DNA of 64,000 nt from Eledone cirrhosa (Eukaryota). The notes below the pieces were generated by a model. That model ran no database searches. It had not been told where the DNA came from and saw nothing but the letters and a program-made list of their open reading frames with translations. The stretch covers positions 29,264,001 through 29,328,000 of the forward strand of contig OZ024761.1 in NCBI GenBank assembly GCA_964016885.1, read 5' to 3'. Positions 26,719 through 40,147 of the stretch are shown one piece after another. How positions within the stretch are numbered: the first letter of the stretch is position 1; each line of letters starts with the position of its first letter. Made by a program: the position numbers and the translations under genes.

Positions 26719-27061
26719 TTATCATCATCACCGTTTAACGTCTATTTTCCACACCAGCATGGGCCACACTGCACATTTACAAAGATATTTCATTTCCAGT
26801 TAATACAAAATACAAGAAAAAAAAAGCTATATACGAAATACAACTAAGAAGAGAAGCTAAGACTTAAGTATATCAATATAATGTATGGCAGGCAGTGAAC
26901 ATCAAGGTTAGCATGGGTCATACAGAAACCTGGGGACGTAGGGCCATTAACGGAGATGAATGAAGGAGTAGCAGCAGTAATTGACATGAACCCACATTTA
27001 TATAGATGCACATATATATATAAATAATATAAGATCAAAAGATGGTTAAAAGAGTTCCATG

Positions 27062-27132
27062 TATTTTATTATGCGCATTTCAAAAACAAATATCATCATA
27101 GGATGATATTTGCGTTCTCATCAGATAAAATA
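27062..27132 (-). ncRNA. Type I hammerhead ribozyme motif (PLE-type)
   Basis: TATTTTAT-CTGATGA-stem II (CAAATATCATC/GATGATATTTG)-GAAA-TGCGCA-TA-ATAAAATA: 8-bp stem I, intact core, palindromic stem III, AUA cleavage triplet. Confidence 0.8.
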
Positions 27133-27274
27133 GGGAGACATGATATGAAGCTTAAAAAACACTCGGATGAGAACGCAAATATCATCCTATGATGATATTT
27201 GTTTTTGAAATGCGCATAATAAAATACATGAAACTCTTTTAACCATCTTTTGATCTTATATTATTTATACTCAA

Positions 27275-27528
27275 TAAAGTACCAGTAATGCACTGGGTAA
27301 TTGCTGGCCTTGTGCCTAAAGTAGAAACAATTATTTATACTCAAGGGCGGTGAATTGGCAGTATCGGTAGAGTGTCGGACATGCTTTCCAGCATAGTTAT
27401 GTCCCTTTACGATCTGAGTTCAAATCCCGCCGAGGTTAACTTTGCCTTTCATCCTTACAGGGTCGATAAAATAAAGTACCAGTAATATACTGGAATAATT
27501 GCTGGCCTTGTGCCAAAAGTAGAAACAA
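27275..27528 (+). mobile_element. SINE family B: 5'-truncated copy (27275-27330) plus full copy (27345-27528)
   Basis: A box TGGCAGTATCGG, B box GAGTTCAAATCCC; ATTATTTATACTCAA occurs three times around the two copies. Confidence 0.9.
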
Positions 27529-27906
27529 TTATTTATACTCAAGTCCTATAAACTGTTGAGTGCTACTTATCCGATATTTGCATTGCTTTATTGTGCTACA
27601 ATAAAACTCACCTCCTACATATATATATATAAATACATATATTAACATACGTATATATATATACATATATATATAAATATATATAAATACATATATATAT
27701 AAATATATATAAATACATATATATATAAATATATATAAATACATATATATATATATATAAATACATATATATATAAATACATATATATATATATATAAAT
27801 ACATATATATATATATATAAATATATATATATAAATACATATATATATATATATATATAAATACATATATATATATATATAAATACATATATATATATAT
27901 ATATAA

Positions 27907-27964
<58 letters not shown>

Positions 27965-27966
<2 letters not shown>

Positions 27967-28498
27967 CGCTGGTATGGACATGTGATGTGTATGAAGGATG
28001 ACAGCTGCATAAAAAGGTGCAGAGCACTAGAAGTCGATGGAAACCGCGGAGTGGGGAGACCCAAGATGACCTGGGATGAGGTGATAAAAGCCGACCTTAC
28101 CCAATTACACCTTTCAAAGGTGATGACATAGGACCGTGACCTCTGGCGTCACGCAGTAATACAGAATACCCGACCTCCCATGGGTACAAGCTGAAGCATA
28201 TAGGCACTATGCCTCCACACACCCCACTACAAGGTGGTCGTGGAGGTGCCACGGCAAAAAAGCACCCAGCCCACACTGTAAAGTGGACGTGTAGGCGCCA
28301 CGAAAAAGCACCCAGCACTCACTGTAAATGAGGTTGGTGTTAGGAAGGGCATCCAGCTGTAGAAATCAAGCCAAATCAGTTCCTGTATGAGCAAGGCATG
28401 GTCAGCCAACCAGATACTGACCACAACAGGACAACCTGTCTAACCCATGCTAGCGTGGAAGAATGGACGTAAAACGGTGATGATGATGATGATGATGA
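27965..28498 (+). mobile_element. RTE LINE 3' end, long-UTR subfamily
   Basis: [45 protein letters not shown], then 3'UTR and (GAT)n. Confidence 0.88.
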
Positions 28499-28541
28499 TA
28501 TATATATATATATTTATTAAAATAACAGATTAAAGTTTAAG

Positions 28542-28572
<31 letters not shown>

Positions 28573-28578
28573 CACATG

Positions 28579-28910
28579 CATCATCATCATCATCATTTTA
28601 CGTCCACTTTTCTCTGCTTGCAAGGGTGGGACGGGAACTGATTCTGGCTTGATTTTTACAGCTGGATGCCCTTCCTAACACCAACCTCATTTACAGTGAG
28701 TGGTGGGTGCTTTTTTTGTCGTGGCACCTCCATGACCACTTTGCAGTGAATGATATGGACCCCAGTCCCTATCATCTCATTTCTACAGCTGAGTAAACTG
28801 GAGCAATGTGAAATAAAGCGTCTTGCTCAAGGAAACAACACATCACCCTGGCCGAGAATTGAACTCACAACCTTTCGTTTGCGAGGCCAATGCTCTAACC
28901 ATTAAGCCAC
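28579..28910 (-). mobile_element. SINE family A
   Basis: Near-identical to 1068-1408. Confidence 0.88.
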
Positions 28911-28913
28911 TAT

Positions 28914-29130
<217 letters not shown>

Positions 29131-29253
29131 TACATACACACATATTACATATATTCATTTATTTATTCATTCCTGAAAATATTGACCCCTAACCAGAACG
29201 GAACAAAGCAGATTAAAGCTAGATGGCATGATACATATTTATACACACAGATG

Positions 29254-29284
<31 letters not shown>

Positions 29285-29362
29285 GTGTGTATTTACACAC
29301 AAATGCACACATACACACACATATATATATATATATGTATTTACACACAAATACACACACAC

Positions 29363-29408
<46 letters not shown>

Positions 29409-29514
29409 CCTAAACAAGAGAATAATAGAAAAGAAGTTTACAGAGAGCTAGTGTGTAAAGCTAGCACTGTGTGTGTATGACAGGAATAATGTGTGTATAC
29501 CAACCACAGTGCAT

Positions 29515-30945
29515 ATAAATCTACCACTGTGTGTATAAGTCTACCACTGTCTGTGTAAGTCTGTAAGTCTACCACTGTGTGTATGTCTAACACTGCATAT
29601 AAGTCTACCACTGCGTATAAGTCTACCACTGTGTATAAGTCTACCACGATGTATAAGCCTACCACTTTGTGTACAAGTCTACCACTGTGTGTATAAGTTG
29701 ACCACTGTGTATAAGTCGACCACCGTGTATAAGTCTACCACTGTATATAAGTCTACCACTGTGTGGAAGTCTACCACTGTGTATAAGTCTAACACTGCAT
29801 ATAAGTCTACCACTGTGTATAAGTCTACCACTGTGTATAAGTCTACCACTGTGTATAAGTCTACCACTGTGTATAAGTCTACCACTGTATATAAGTCTGT
29901 GTGTATAAGCCTACCACTGTGTGTATAAGTCTACCACCATGTATAAGTCTACCACTGTGTAAGTCTACCACTTTGTGTATAAGTCTGCCACTTTGTGTAC
30001 AAGTCTACCACTGCGTGTATAAGTCTACCACTGTGTATAAGTCTACCACTTTGTGTAACTTTACCACTGTGTATAAGTCTACCACTATGTGTATAAGTCT
30101 ATCACTGTATGTAAGTCTACCACTGTGTATAAGTCTACCACTGTGTATAAGTCTACCACTGTGTATAAGTCTACCACTTTGTGTAAGTTTACCACTGTGT
30201 ATAAGTCTACCACTATGTGTATAAGTCTATCACTGTATGTAAGTTTACCACTGTGTATAAGTCTACCACTGTATGTAAGTCTACCACTGTGTAAGTCTAC
30301 CACTGTGTATAAGTCTACCACTGTGTATAAGTCTACCACTGTGTATAAGTCTACCACTGTATGTAAGTCTACCACTGTGTACGTCTACCACTGTGTATAA
30401 GTCTACCACTGTGTATAAGTCTACCACTGTGTATAAGTCTACCACTGTATGTGAGTCTACCACTGTGTATAAGTCTACCACTGTATGTGAGTCTACCACT
30501 GTTTATAAGTCTACCACTGTATGTGAGTCTACCACTGTATAAGTCTACCACTGTATGTGAGTCTACCACTGTATAAGTCTACCACTGTATGTAAGTCTAC
30601 CACTGTATAAGTCTACTACTGTGTGTACGTCTACCACTGTGTATAAGTTTACCACTGTGTATAAGTCTACCACTGTATGTGAGTCTACCACTGTGTATAA
30701 GTCTACCACTGTATGTTAGTCTACCACTGTATGTAAGTCTACCATTGTATAAGTCTACTACTGTGTGTAAGTCTACCACTGTATGTAAGTCTACCACTGT
30801 ATAAGTCTACCACTATGTAAGTCTACCACTATAACTCTACCACTGTATGTATGTCTACCACTATAAGTCTACCACTGTAAGTCTACCACTATAAGTCTAC
30901 CACTGTAAGTCTACCACTGTGTGTAGGTCTACCACTGTGTATAAG
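29515..30945. repeat. 18-bp minisatellite AAGTCTACCACTGTGTAT with 14-20-bp variants
   Basis: Direct reading; VYKSTT ORF periodicity. Confidence 0.96.
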
Positions 30946-32061
30946 TTTAAGAATGTGTATCACTATTTGTGCATGATGATGATGATCTGTCCCCTAGTAA
31001 ATATACTATAAACATTTGAATTAACAAAGCTGTCTTTAGGTATGTTCTACTACTGTAAATCATTCATGGATGTTAAGAGACAACAGGATGACCAAAAAGT
31101 AAGAATCAACAACAACAACAACCACAACAACAACAACAGCAACAGCAACAAAACCCAGCACCCGATCAAAACAGCTGTTTTCTACATATAATTGACTGAC
31201 AAACCCAACAGAGAAAGCATCTAAATTTGCTATTAGATTATTCATCAGCTACTAATTGTAATCAGACTAATTAGGTGTAAAGTAAAAAGATAATATTGGG
31301 TAAAGATAATCAGCTGTGATAATACTTCCGCACTAGATTGGTTTTAACGAAAATTTAGAGAACAGTAGTTATTTTTGAGAGGGGGAAGAGGAAAAAAAGA
31401 ACAAAAATTTAATATAATTTTGTCATCTTTACATATTTATTTTTATTTTTATCTCATTTTTATTTTTCTAATTGTTTGTTGTTATTTTTTGTTTTTTGTA
31501 TTTTGTTTTTTTTTTCTTGGGGGGGGGGGGGGGGGGGGGGGGGTATGTGTTTTTTTTTCTCTTTCTATTTTCTGATAAAATGAAAGACACTCAACATGAA
31601 AACAAAAGAAAAAAATTTTTTTTAAATATATAAAATTAAATTGAAACAAACAAAAATAAAAACCTGCAATGCAGTAAAAAAAAAAAAATAAATAAAATAC
31701 AACAAAAATATAATATATAAAATAATTAATTAATAATTAATTATACAAATTTAAAAGTTTTTTTGTTTTTTTTTTCATTACACAAGACAATTATTATTAA
31801 TGTAGGATGAAAGCAAGTTCGATATTGTCATGGAAGATTGGTTAGTTAGGAATAAACGATACCAGTCATCTCTACATCAAACAATTGATGATAGGGGAAT
31901 ATGTCTAGACTTGATTCACTACTTTGCCCATCTTTATATCTACTCCGTGCCCCTCCCCGTAACAAACTCATCCAACCTGATCTAGTATATGTATACAGAG
32001 ATAGGTTTCTATTTAGTTTTGTTGTTGTTCTTTAGCCTTGTTTTGTTCTTTGTTTTTGCTC

Positions 32062-32445
32062 ACTCCAAGCAAGGCAATAAAGTCACTAAAATGTAAGTGG
32101 GTCACTGAGAAGGGAGAAGGACAAGACAGAGAGGGCAATAAAGTCACTAAAATACAAGGAGTTACTAAAAAGGGAGAAAGACAAGACAGAGAGGGCAATA
32201 AAGCCACTAAAATACATGGGGTCACTAAGAAGGGAGAAGGTCAAAACAGAGAGGGCAATAAACCCACTAAAATACAAGGGGTTACTAAGAAGGGAGAAGG
32301 ACAAGACAGAGAGAGCAATAAAGCCACTAAAATACAAGGGGCTACTGAGAAGAGAGAAGGAGAAGACAGTAAGGACAAAACCCCAAGCAAGGCAATAAAG
32401 CCACTAAAATATAAGGGGTCACTGAGAAGGACAAGACAGAGAGAA
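32062..32445. repeat. 60-bp tandem repeat, ~6 copies
   Basis: GCAATAAAGCCACTAAAATACAAGGGGTTACTAAGAAGGGAGAAGGACAAGACAGAGAG units. Confidence 0.92.
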
Positions 32446-32639
32446 CATAGTCCCAAGTAGCCCTCTAATAAAACACACTATTTATACTACAGTAGCCTTC
32501 TAATAAAACACTATTTTATATACTTTACAAAAAAAAAATCCCTCCATATTCTTGGTTATCTTTAAAATTGATTAAAACACATAGGCAGTGTCTTTTGAAA
32601 GAAATATGGCAGTGTAAAGGTTAAGGTGTATATATCAAC

Positions 32640-32820
32640 ATCATCATCATCATCATTTTACGTCCGCTTTTCTCTGCTTGCAAGGGAGGGACGGGAACTG
32701 ATTCTGGCTTGATTTCTACAGCTGGATGCCCTTCCTAACACCAACTTCATTTACAGTGAGTGCTGGGTGCTTTTTTTGCCGTGGCACCTCCACGATCACT
32801 TTGCAGTGGAATGATATGGA
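32640..32820 (-). mobile_element. SINE family A, 5'-truncated
   Basis: Matches 1068-1255. Confidence 0.85.
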
Positions 32821-32828
32821 AGTCTGTC

Positions 32829-32889
<61 letters not shown>

Positions 32890-33242
32890 GATATATATAG
32901 ATATATACATATTTACCTATATATATATATATACACACATTGACATATATATATGTATATGTACATATTGTCATATATATATATTTATATATATATATAT
33001 ATATACATGTTGATATATACATATACATATATATATTTATAATATACATATTGTCATATATATATATTTATATATCGGTATGGTGAACTAACTGTTGTGT
33101 AACCACTTCTACCTAACTCGTCCCATAGACTGAGTGCTCTACCACTACGGATATTACCTTCCAGTGTTCTACCTCTATTTATATATATATATATATATAT
33201 CAAGTAAGTATGTTTTGAAACAGTGAGCAGGTTTGTAATTAG

Positions 33243-33432
33243 AAAATAGAATAGCTTTCACCGTATTTTTGACTAAAGGAATTTTAGCCTGATAATTGGG
33301 TTTAGAACCCTCAGATAAATGGAAAAAGATGAGTGTCAATACTCATCTTTTTCCATTTATCTGAGGGTTCTAAACCCAATTATCAGGCTAAAATTCCTTT
33401 AGTCAAAAATACGGTGAAAGCTATTCTATTTT
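33243..33432. repeat. Perfect fold-back palindrome, ~92-bp arms, 6-nt loop
   Basis: 33243-33334 is the reverse complement of 33341-33432. Confidence 0.92.
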
Positions 33433-33447
33433 ATATATATATATATA

Positions 33448-33605
33448 TAATTGTTTCTATTTTAGGCACAAGGCCAGCAATTACCCAGTACATTACTGGT
33501 ACTTTATTTTATCGACCCCGTAAGGATGAAAGGCAAAGTTAACCTCGGCGGGATTTGAACTCAGACTGTAAAGGGACGTAACTATGCTAGAAAGCATGGC
33601 GTCCA
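33448..33605 (-). mobile_element. SINE family B
   Basis: Diagnostic tail and reverse B box. Confidence 0.85.
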
Positions 33606-34905
33606 TGACATATATATATATTTATATATATATATATAAAATATATATATATTTTTTTATGGCTTCCTTGTTCAATCATCTTACCAGAAGCCTAACATTA
33701 TTTATGTAAGCGGACAGTACTTGATTTAGGAGTCGCAGAAACCCAAATGCTGGATTTTACCAACCATCCAGGGGTCCGGGTAAATTTTCAATCACATATA
33801 TTTTTATTTGTTTGACCCGAATTACTTGGTCGTTTCTTTGGCTGCGCGGATGTTTGTTTAACCATCGTCTCAGTGTGTTTGGCCTTTAACGTATGTTGTA
33901 GCTCTGGTTCTTCTGAACCATCGAGCGCTTGCCACACATCTCGGAGGTTGTTTTTCGTTAATTCCTAAGCCGAAATACGATTCTCGCTAATTTATATTTG
34001 TATATATTTATATATATAGATATATATACATATTTATATATATATATATATATATGTATATACATATTGACATACATATATATATATATGTATATATATA
34101 CAGACAGAGAGAATTCAGTGTAGAGATAGAATATGGGAAGTGACAACTGCAGTTCAAAAGTCTGATATTCATCAGTGTTCTTGCAAGGTCTGCAAACAGT
34201 CTACAGAGTTCTAACTTTACCTTTCTCACCCCACCAACCTCACCCATACACACACACCACCACCACCACCACCACCCTCACTCATACACACACCACCACC
34301 ACAACAACAACAACACATATAGACACACAACACACATACACTAGCAACCCCACCACCAGACACAACCCACCACCACCACCCAGACACACCCCACTACCAC
34401 CACCACCACCCTCACCCATACACCCCCACCACCACCATCACCACCACAACACATATAGACACACAACACACACTAACAACACCACCACCACCCTTACACA
34501 AACCACTACCATCACTAACACCACCACCCAGACACACCCCACTACTACCACCACCACCATCACACACCACCACCCAGACACACCCCACTACCACCACCAC
34601 CATCACACACCACCACCTTCAGCATAACTACCTATACACACACCACCACCACCTCCCACACACATACACACCACCACCACCATACACCACCACCACCATA
34701 CACCACCACCACCAACACCACCATGACACACACACACACAGACAGACACACACACACACAGACACACACACACACACACACACTTACACTGACACAAAGC
34801 TTTCAGTTTAATTTCCTGTTGTTAAGCTGACAACAGTAAATGTGTTGTTAAACAAATAACACACACACACACACATATATGTGTGTGTCTGCACATATGC
34901 ATGTG

Positions 34906-34957
<52 letters not shown>

Positions 34958-35228
34958 TATATATACCACCATGTGTATATACATATATATATATATAAAA
35001 AACATGAGAATATATATACCACCATGTGTATATACATATATATATATATACCACTATTTGTAAATACATATATATACATATATATAGGTATATGTATGTA
35101 TATATATATATATATATATATGTGTATATATATATATATGTATACAGTTTACATATGTATGTATATATATGTATATAAATATGTATATATATATATATAT
35201 AAATATGTATATATATATATATATACAC

Positions 35229-35259
<31 letters not shown>

Positions 35260-35381
35260 TATATATATATATGTATGTATATATACACACATATATATAT
35301 ATATACATATATATACATATATATGTATATATACATACATATACCTATATATATGTATATATATATGTATTTACAAATAGT

Positions 35382-35416
<35 letters not shown>

Positions 35417-35471
35417 ACAGTTTACATATGTATATATATATGTATATATATATATATGTATATATACACAC

Positions 35472-35536
<65 letters not shown>

Positions 35537-35668
35537 TGTATCTGTAAAAATCGGATTTCCCAATCACAGACAGTTTCAGATAGAAGCAAATGAAACAAAC
35601 CGGAAACATACATTGAAGCAATGTGTCATATGAAAAAAATAATAGACCAGAGAGCATGTATACATATA

Positions 35669-35724
<56 letters not shown>

Positions 35725-35767
35725 CACACACACATATATATATACACACACATATATATTTATGTAT

Positions 35768-35800
<33 letters not shown>

Positions 35801-35837
35801 ATATAAGATCAAAAGATGGTTAAAGGAGTTCCATGTA

Positions 35838-35904
35838 TTTTATTATGCGCATTTCAAAAACAAACATCATCATGCAATAATATTTGTGTTTTCATCAGAT
35901 AAAA
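35838..35904 (-). ncRNA. Type I hammerhead ribozyme motif, second copy of the 27-kb family
   Basis: TTTTAT-CTGATGA-stem II-GAAA-TGCGCA-TA-ATAAAA; core identical to the 27-kb copy, stem II diverged. Confidence 0.75.
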
Positions 35905-36071
35905 CAGGAGAACATGATATGAAGGCTAAAAAACACTTGTGGATAGTGCAGTTTTAAATCAACATATCATAATATCTTATATTATGTATACTCCAGTCCT
36001 ACAAACTGTAGAGTGCTTCTTATCCGATATCTGCATTGCTTTATTGTACTACAATAAAACTCACCTCCTAC

Positions 36072-36104
<33 letters not shown>

Positions 36105-36151
36105 CACACATATATATATACACACACATATATATTTATGTATACACACAC

Positions 36152-36185
<34 letters not shown>

Positions 36186-36269
36186 CCTCCCATCCTCATT
36201 CACACCCCCCCCCCATTACTGCCTCTCCGTGCCCGGTTGTGGAAACAACAATTAACCTAGTGTTATGTT

Positions 36270-36860
36270 CCATGATAAAATGCACCCAGGCTGCTCGCCC
36301 TGCAAAGGGGTAGTGCTGATGTCCCAATAAAATGTGCCCAGCCCACCATGTAAAGTGGTTGTGCTCATGTCCCGAGAAAATTCACCAACCCCACCCTGTA
36401 AAGTAGCAGTGTTGATGTCAAATACACCCTGCCCACTCTGTAAAGTGGTAGTGCTAAAGTCCTGATAAAATGTACCCAGTCTGCTTGCCCTGTAAAGTAG
36501 TAGTGCTGATGTAAAATAGTGCTGTAAAGTAGTAGTGCTGATGTCCCGATAAAATACACCCAGCCCACTCTGTAAAGTGGTAGTGCTAAAGTCCCCGATA
36601 AAATGCACCCAGCCTGCTTGCCCTGTAAAATGGTTGTGCTGATGTCCCGATAAAATACACCCAGCCCACTCTGTAAAGTGGTAGTGCTAAAGTCCCCGAT
36701 AAAATGCACCCAGCCTGCTTGCCCTGTAAAATGGTTGTGCTGATGTCCCAATAAAATACATCCTTTCCACTCTATGAAGTGGTAATGCTGGTGCTTTGAT
36801 AAAATGCACACAGTCCAACCTGTGAGGTGGTAGTGCTGGTGTCATGGTAAAATGTGTCTA
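36270..36860 (+). repeat. Degenerate ~45-50-bp tandem array related to the RTE 3'UTR module
   Basis: Repeated AAAATGCACCCAGCC...CTGTAAAGTGGTAGTGCTGATGTCCCGAT. Confidence 0.75.
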
Positions 36861-37172
36861 GACTTCTGGCATTCTTGGTCCTCGAACCACCTCTCTATTC
36901 CTTGATATCTGGATAGAGTCAGCCACCTGCAGGAGCAAGCTCCATGAAGTGAACTGGCTTCTAGTCAAATCTCACAATCATTGTAACCCCACAGTCTAAC
37001 CAGCTCTGTCAACATGTAAACAGACATTCATAGCAACATACCCAGTCAACCAGCTCTCTGAATATATAACCCCACAATCCAGCTCTCTCAATATGTTACC
37101 CCACAATCCATCCAGCCAGCTCTCTCAATATATAACCCCACAATCCAGCCAGCCAGCTCTCTCAATATGTTA

Positions 37173-38970
37173 CCCTACAGTCCAGCCAGCTCTCTCGTCA
37201 TGTGAGTCCAGTCAGTTCTCTCACCATGTAACCCTACAGTCCAGCCAGCTCTCTCGTCATGTGAGTCCAGTCAGTCCTCTCACCATGTAGTCCTACAGTC
37301 CAGCCAGCTCTCTCGTCATGTGAGTCCAGTCAGTTCTCTCACCATGTAACCCTACAGTCCAGCCAGCTCTCTCGTCATGTGAGTCCAGTCAGTTCTCTCA
37401 CCATGTAACCCTACAGTCCAGCCAGCTCTCTCGTCATGTGAGTCCAGTCAGTTCTCTCACCCTGTAACCCTACAGTCCAGCCAGCTCTCTCGTCATGTGA
37501 GTCCAGTCAGTTCTCTCACCATGTAACCCTACAGTCCAGCCAGCTCTCTCGTCATGTGAGTCCAGTCAGTCCTCTCAACATGTAGTCCTACAGTCCAGCC
37601 AGCTCTCTCGTCATGTGAGTCCAGTCAGTCCTCTCAACATGTAACCCTACAGTCCAGCCAGCTCTCTCGTCATGTGAGTCCAGTCAGTCCTCTCAACATG
37701 TAGTCCTACAGTCCAGCCAGCTCTCTCGTCATGTGAGTCCAGTCAGTCCTCTCAACATGTAGTCCTACAGTCCAGCCAGCTCTCTCGTCATGTGAGTCCA
37801 GTCAGTCCTCTCAACATGTAGTCCTACAGTCCAGCCAGCTCTCTCGTCATGTGAGTCCAGTCAGTCCTCTCAACATGTAGTCCTACAGTCCAGCCAGCTC
37901 TCTCGTCATGTGAGTCCAGTCAGTCCTCTCAACATGTAGTCCTACAGTCCAGCCAGCTCTCTCGTCATGTGAGTCCAGTCAGTCCTCTCAACATGTAGTC
38001 CTACAGTCCAGCCAGCTCTCTCGTCATGTGAGTCCAGTCAGTCCTCTCAACATGTAGTCCTACAGTCCAGCCAGCTCTCTCGTCATGTGAGTCCAGTCAG
38101 TCCTCTCAACATGTAGTCCTACAGTCCAGCCAGCTCTCTCGTCATGTGAGTCCAGTCAGTTCTCTCACCATGTAACCCTACAGTCCAGCCAGCTCTCTCG
38201 TCATGTGAGTCCAGTCAGTCCTCTCAACATGTAGTCCTACAGTCCAGCCAGCTCTCTCGTCATGTGAGTCCAGTCAGTCCTCTCAACATGTAACCCTACA
38301 GTCCAGCCAGCTCTCTCGTCATGTGAGTCCAGTCAGTCCTCTCAACATGTAGTCCTACAGTCCAGCCAGCTCTCTCGTCATGTGAGTCCAGTCAGTCCTC
38401 TCACCATGTAACCCTACAGTCCAGCCAGCTCTCTCGTCATGTGAGTCCAGTCAGTCCTCTCAACATGTAACCCTACAGTCCAGCCAGCTCTCTCGTCATG
38501 TGAGTCCAGTCAGTCCTCTCAACATGTAGTCCTACAGTCCAGCCAGCTCTCTCGTCATGTGAGTCCAGTCAGTCCTCTCACCATGTAACCCTACAGTCCA
38601 GCCAGCTCTCTCGTCATGTGAGTCCAGTCAGTCCTCTCAACATGTAACCCTACAGTCCAGCCAGCTCTCTCGTCATGTGAGTCCAGTCAGTCCTCTCAAC
38701 ATGTAACCCTACAGTCCAGCCAGCTCTCTCGTCATGTGAGTCCAGTCAGTCCTCTCAACATGTAGTCCTACAGTCCAGCCAGCTCTCTCGTCATGTGAGT
38801 CCAGTCAGTCCTCTCACCATGTAACCCTACAGTCCAGCCAGCTCTCTCGTCATGTGAGTCCAGTCAGTCCTCTCAACATGTAGTCCTACAGTCCAGCCAG
38901 CTCTCTCGTCATGTGAGTCCAGTCAGTCCTCTCACCATGTAACCCTACAGTCCAGCCAGCCAGCTCTCTC
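37173..38970. repeat. 59-bp satellite, ~30 copies
   Basis: CCTACAGTCCAGCCAGCTCTCTCGTCATGTGAGTCCAGTCAGTCCTCTCAACATGTAGT. Confidence 0.97.
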
Positions 38971-39209
38971 AACATACATTGTAGAAACAGAACATGCCTC
39001 TTTCTACAAACTGTGACTACAAATCATTCATTATACAACATACACTGCTATCAACACAACATAAACAATACATTACTACCAACACAACACAAACATACAC
39101 ACACTACCCATACTGGATAAACATACACACACTACCCATACTGCATAAACATACTCATACTACCAACACACTATAAACATGCACATTGTACCAATACAAC
39201 ATAAACATA

Positions 39210-39470
39210 CACATACTACCAACACAACGTACACATACTACCCACACAACGTACACATACTACCCACACAACGTACACATACTACCAACACAACGTACAC
39301 ATACTACCAACACAACGTACACATACTACCAACACAACGTACACATACTACCAACACAACGTACACATACTACCAACACAACGTACACATACTACCCACA
39401 CAACGTACACATACTACCAACACAACGTACACATACTACCAACACAACGTACACATACTACCAACACAAC
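39210..39470. repeat. 22-bp minisatellite AACACAACGTACACATACTACC
   Basis: Direct reading. Confidence 0.95.
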
Positions 39471-40147
39471 AGTAATTCATCATTTTCCAACCTACTTACA
39501 TAGTGAAGACACGTATTAGCTAAATCACATCACACATGTAAACACACTTACATACACATATATATATATACACACTCCCATATATACACACAGCCTTACT
39601 TGCATGTACACGCATACATACATAGTTTATACACACATGTATGTGTGTATGTATGAAGATTCAAATATATGTTCACACATTTGCTATATAACATGCACAC
39701 AATTTATGTATGCATGTATGTACGTATGAAGAATCCCATATACATCCACACATTTGCTATGCATACATACACATATATACACTCCCGTGTGTACACATGC
39801 AGCCGTAACATGAATACATACACACACAAACACACACACATACACACACAAGTATACACACATACACACACATGTTAATTCCACAAGCAGGCTGCTCCGT
39901 TGATCAAACAATTGAAGCAGATGTGTTCAGAACTGACAGTGGCTCAACACATCTGGAGTAAAACCAACAAGATGAGATGCTCATGGTTAGAACATCTTTT
40001 ATCATAAATCTGTTCTAGCAAGGTGTGATGGTGGTGGTGGTGGTGGTGGTGGTGTACTAAACAACTAGAACATTCTGTTGACTGGAATATGGAGAAACAA
40101 CACAAAAAAAAAAGAAAACAAGTGTGATGGAGGGAGGGAGGGGAAAC

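Noticed and set aside
29515-30945. CRISPR-like appearance of this and the 37-kb and 44-kb arrays
   Set aside because: No unique spacers, no cas genes, eukaryotic context; these are plain tandem repeats.
39888-39992. Possible host exon (CAG|GCTGCT...CATG|GTTAG)
   Set aside because: Weak polypyrimidine tract, no recognisable peptide and no partner exons; would need RNA-seq.
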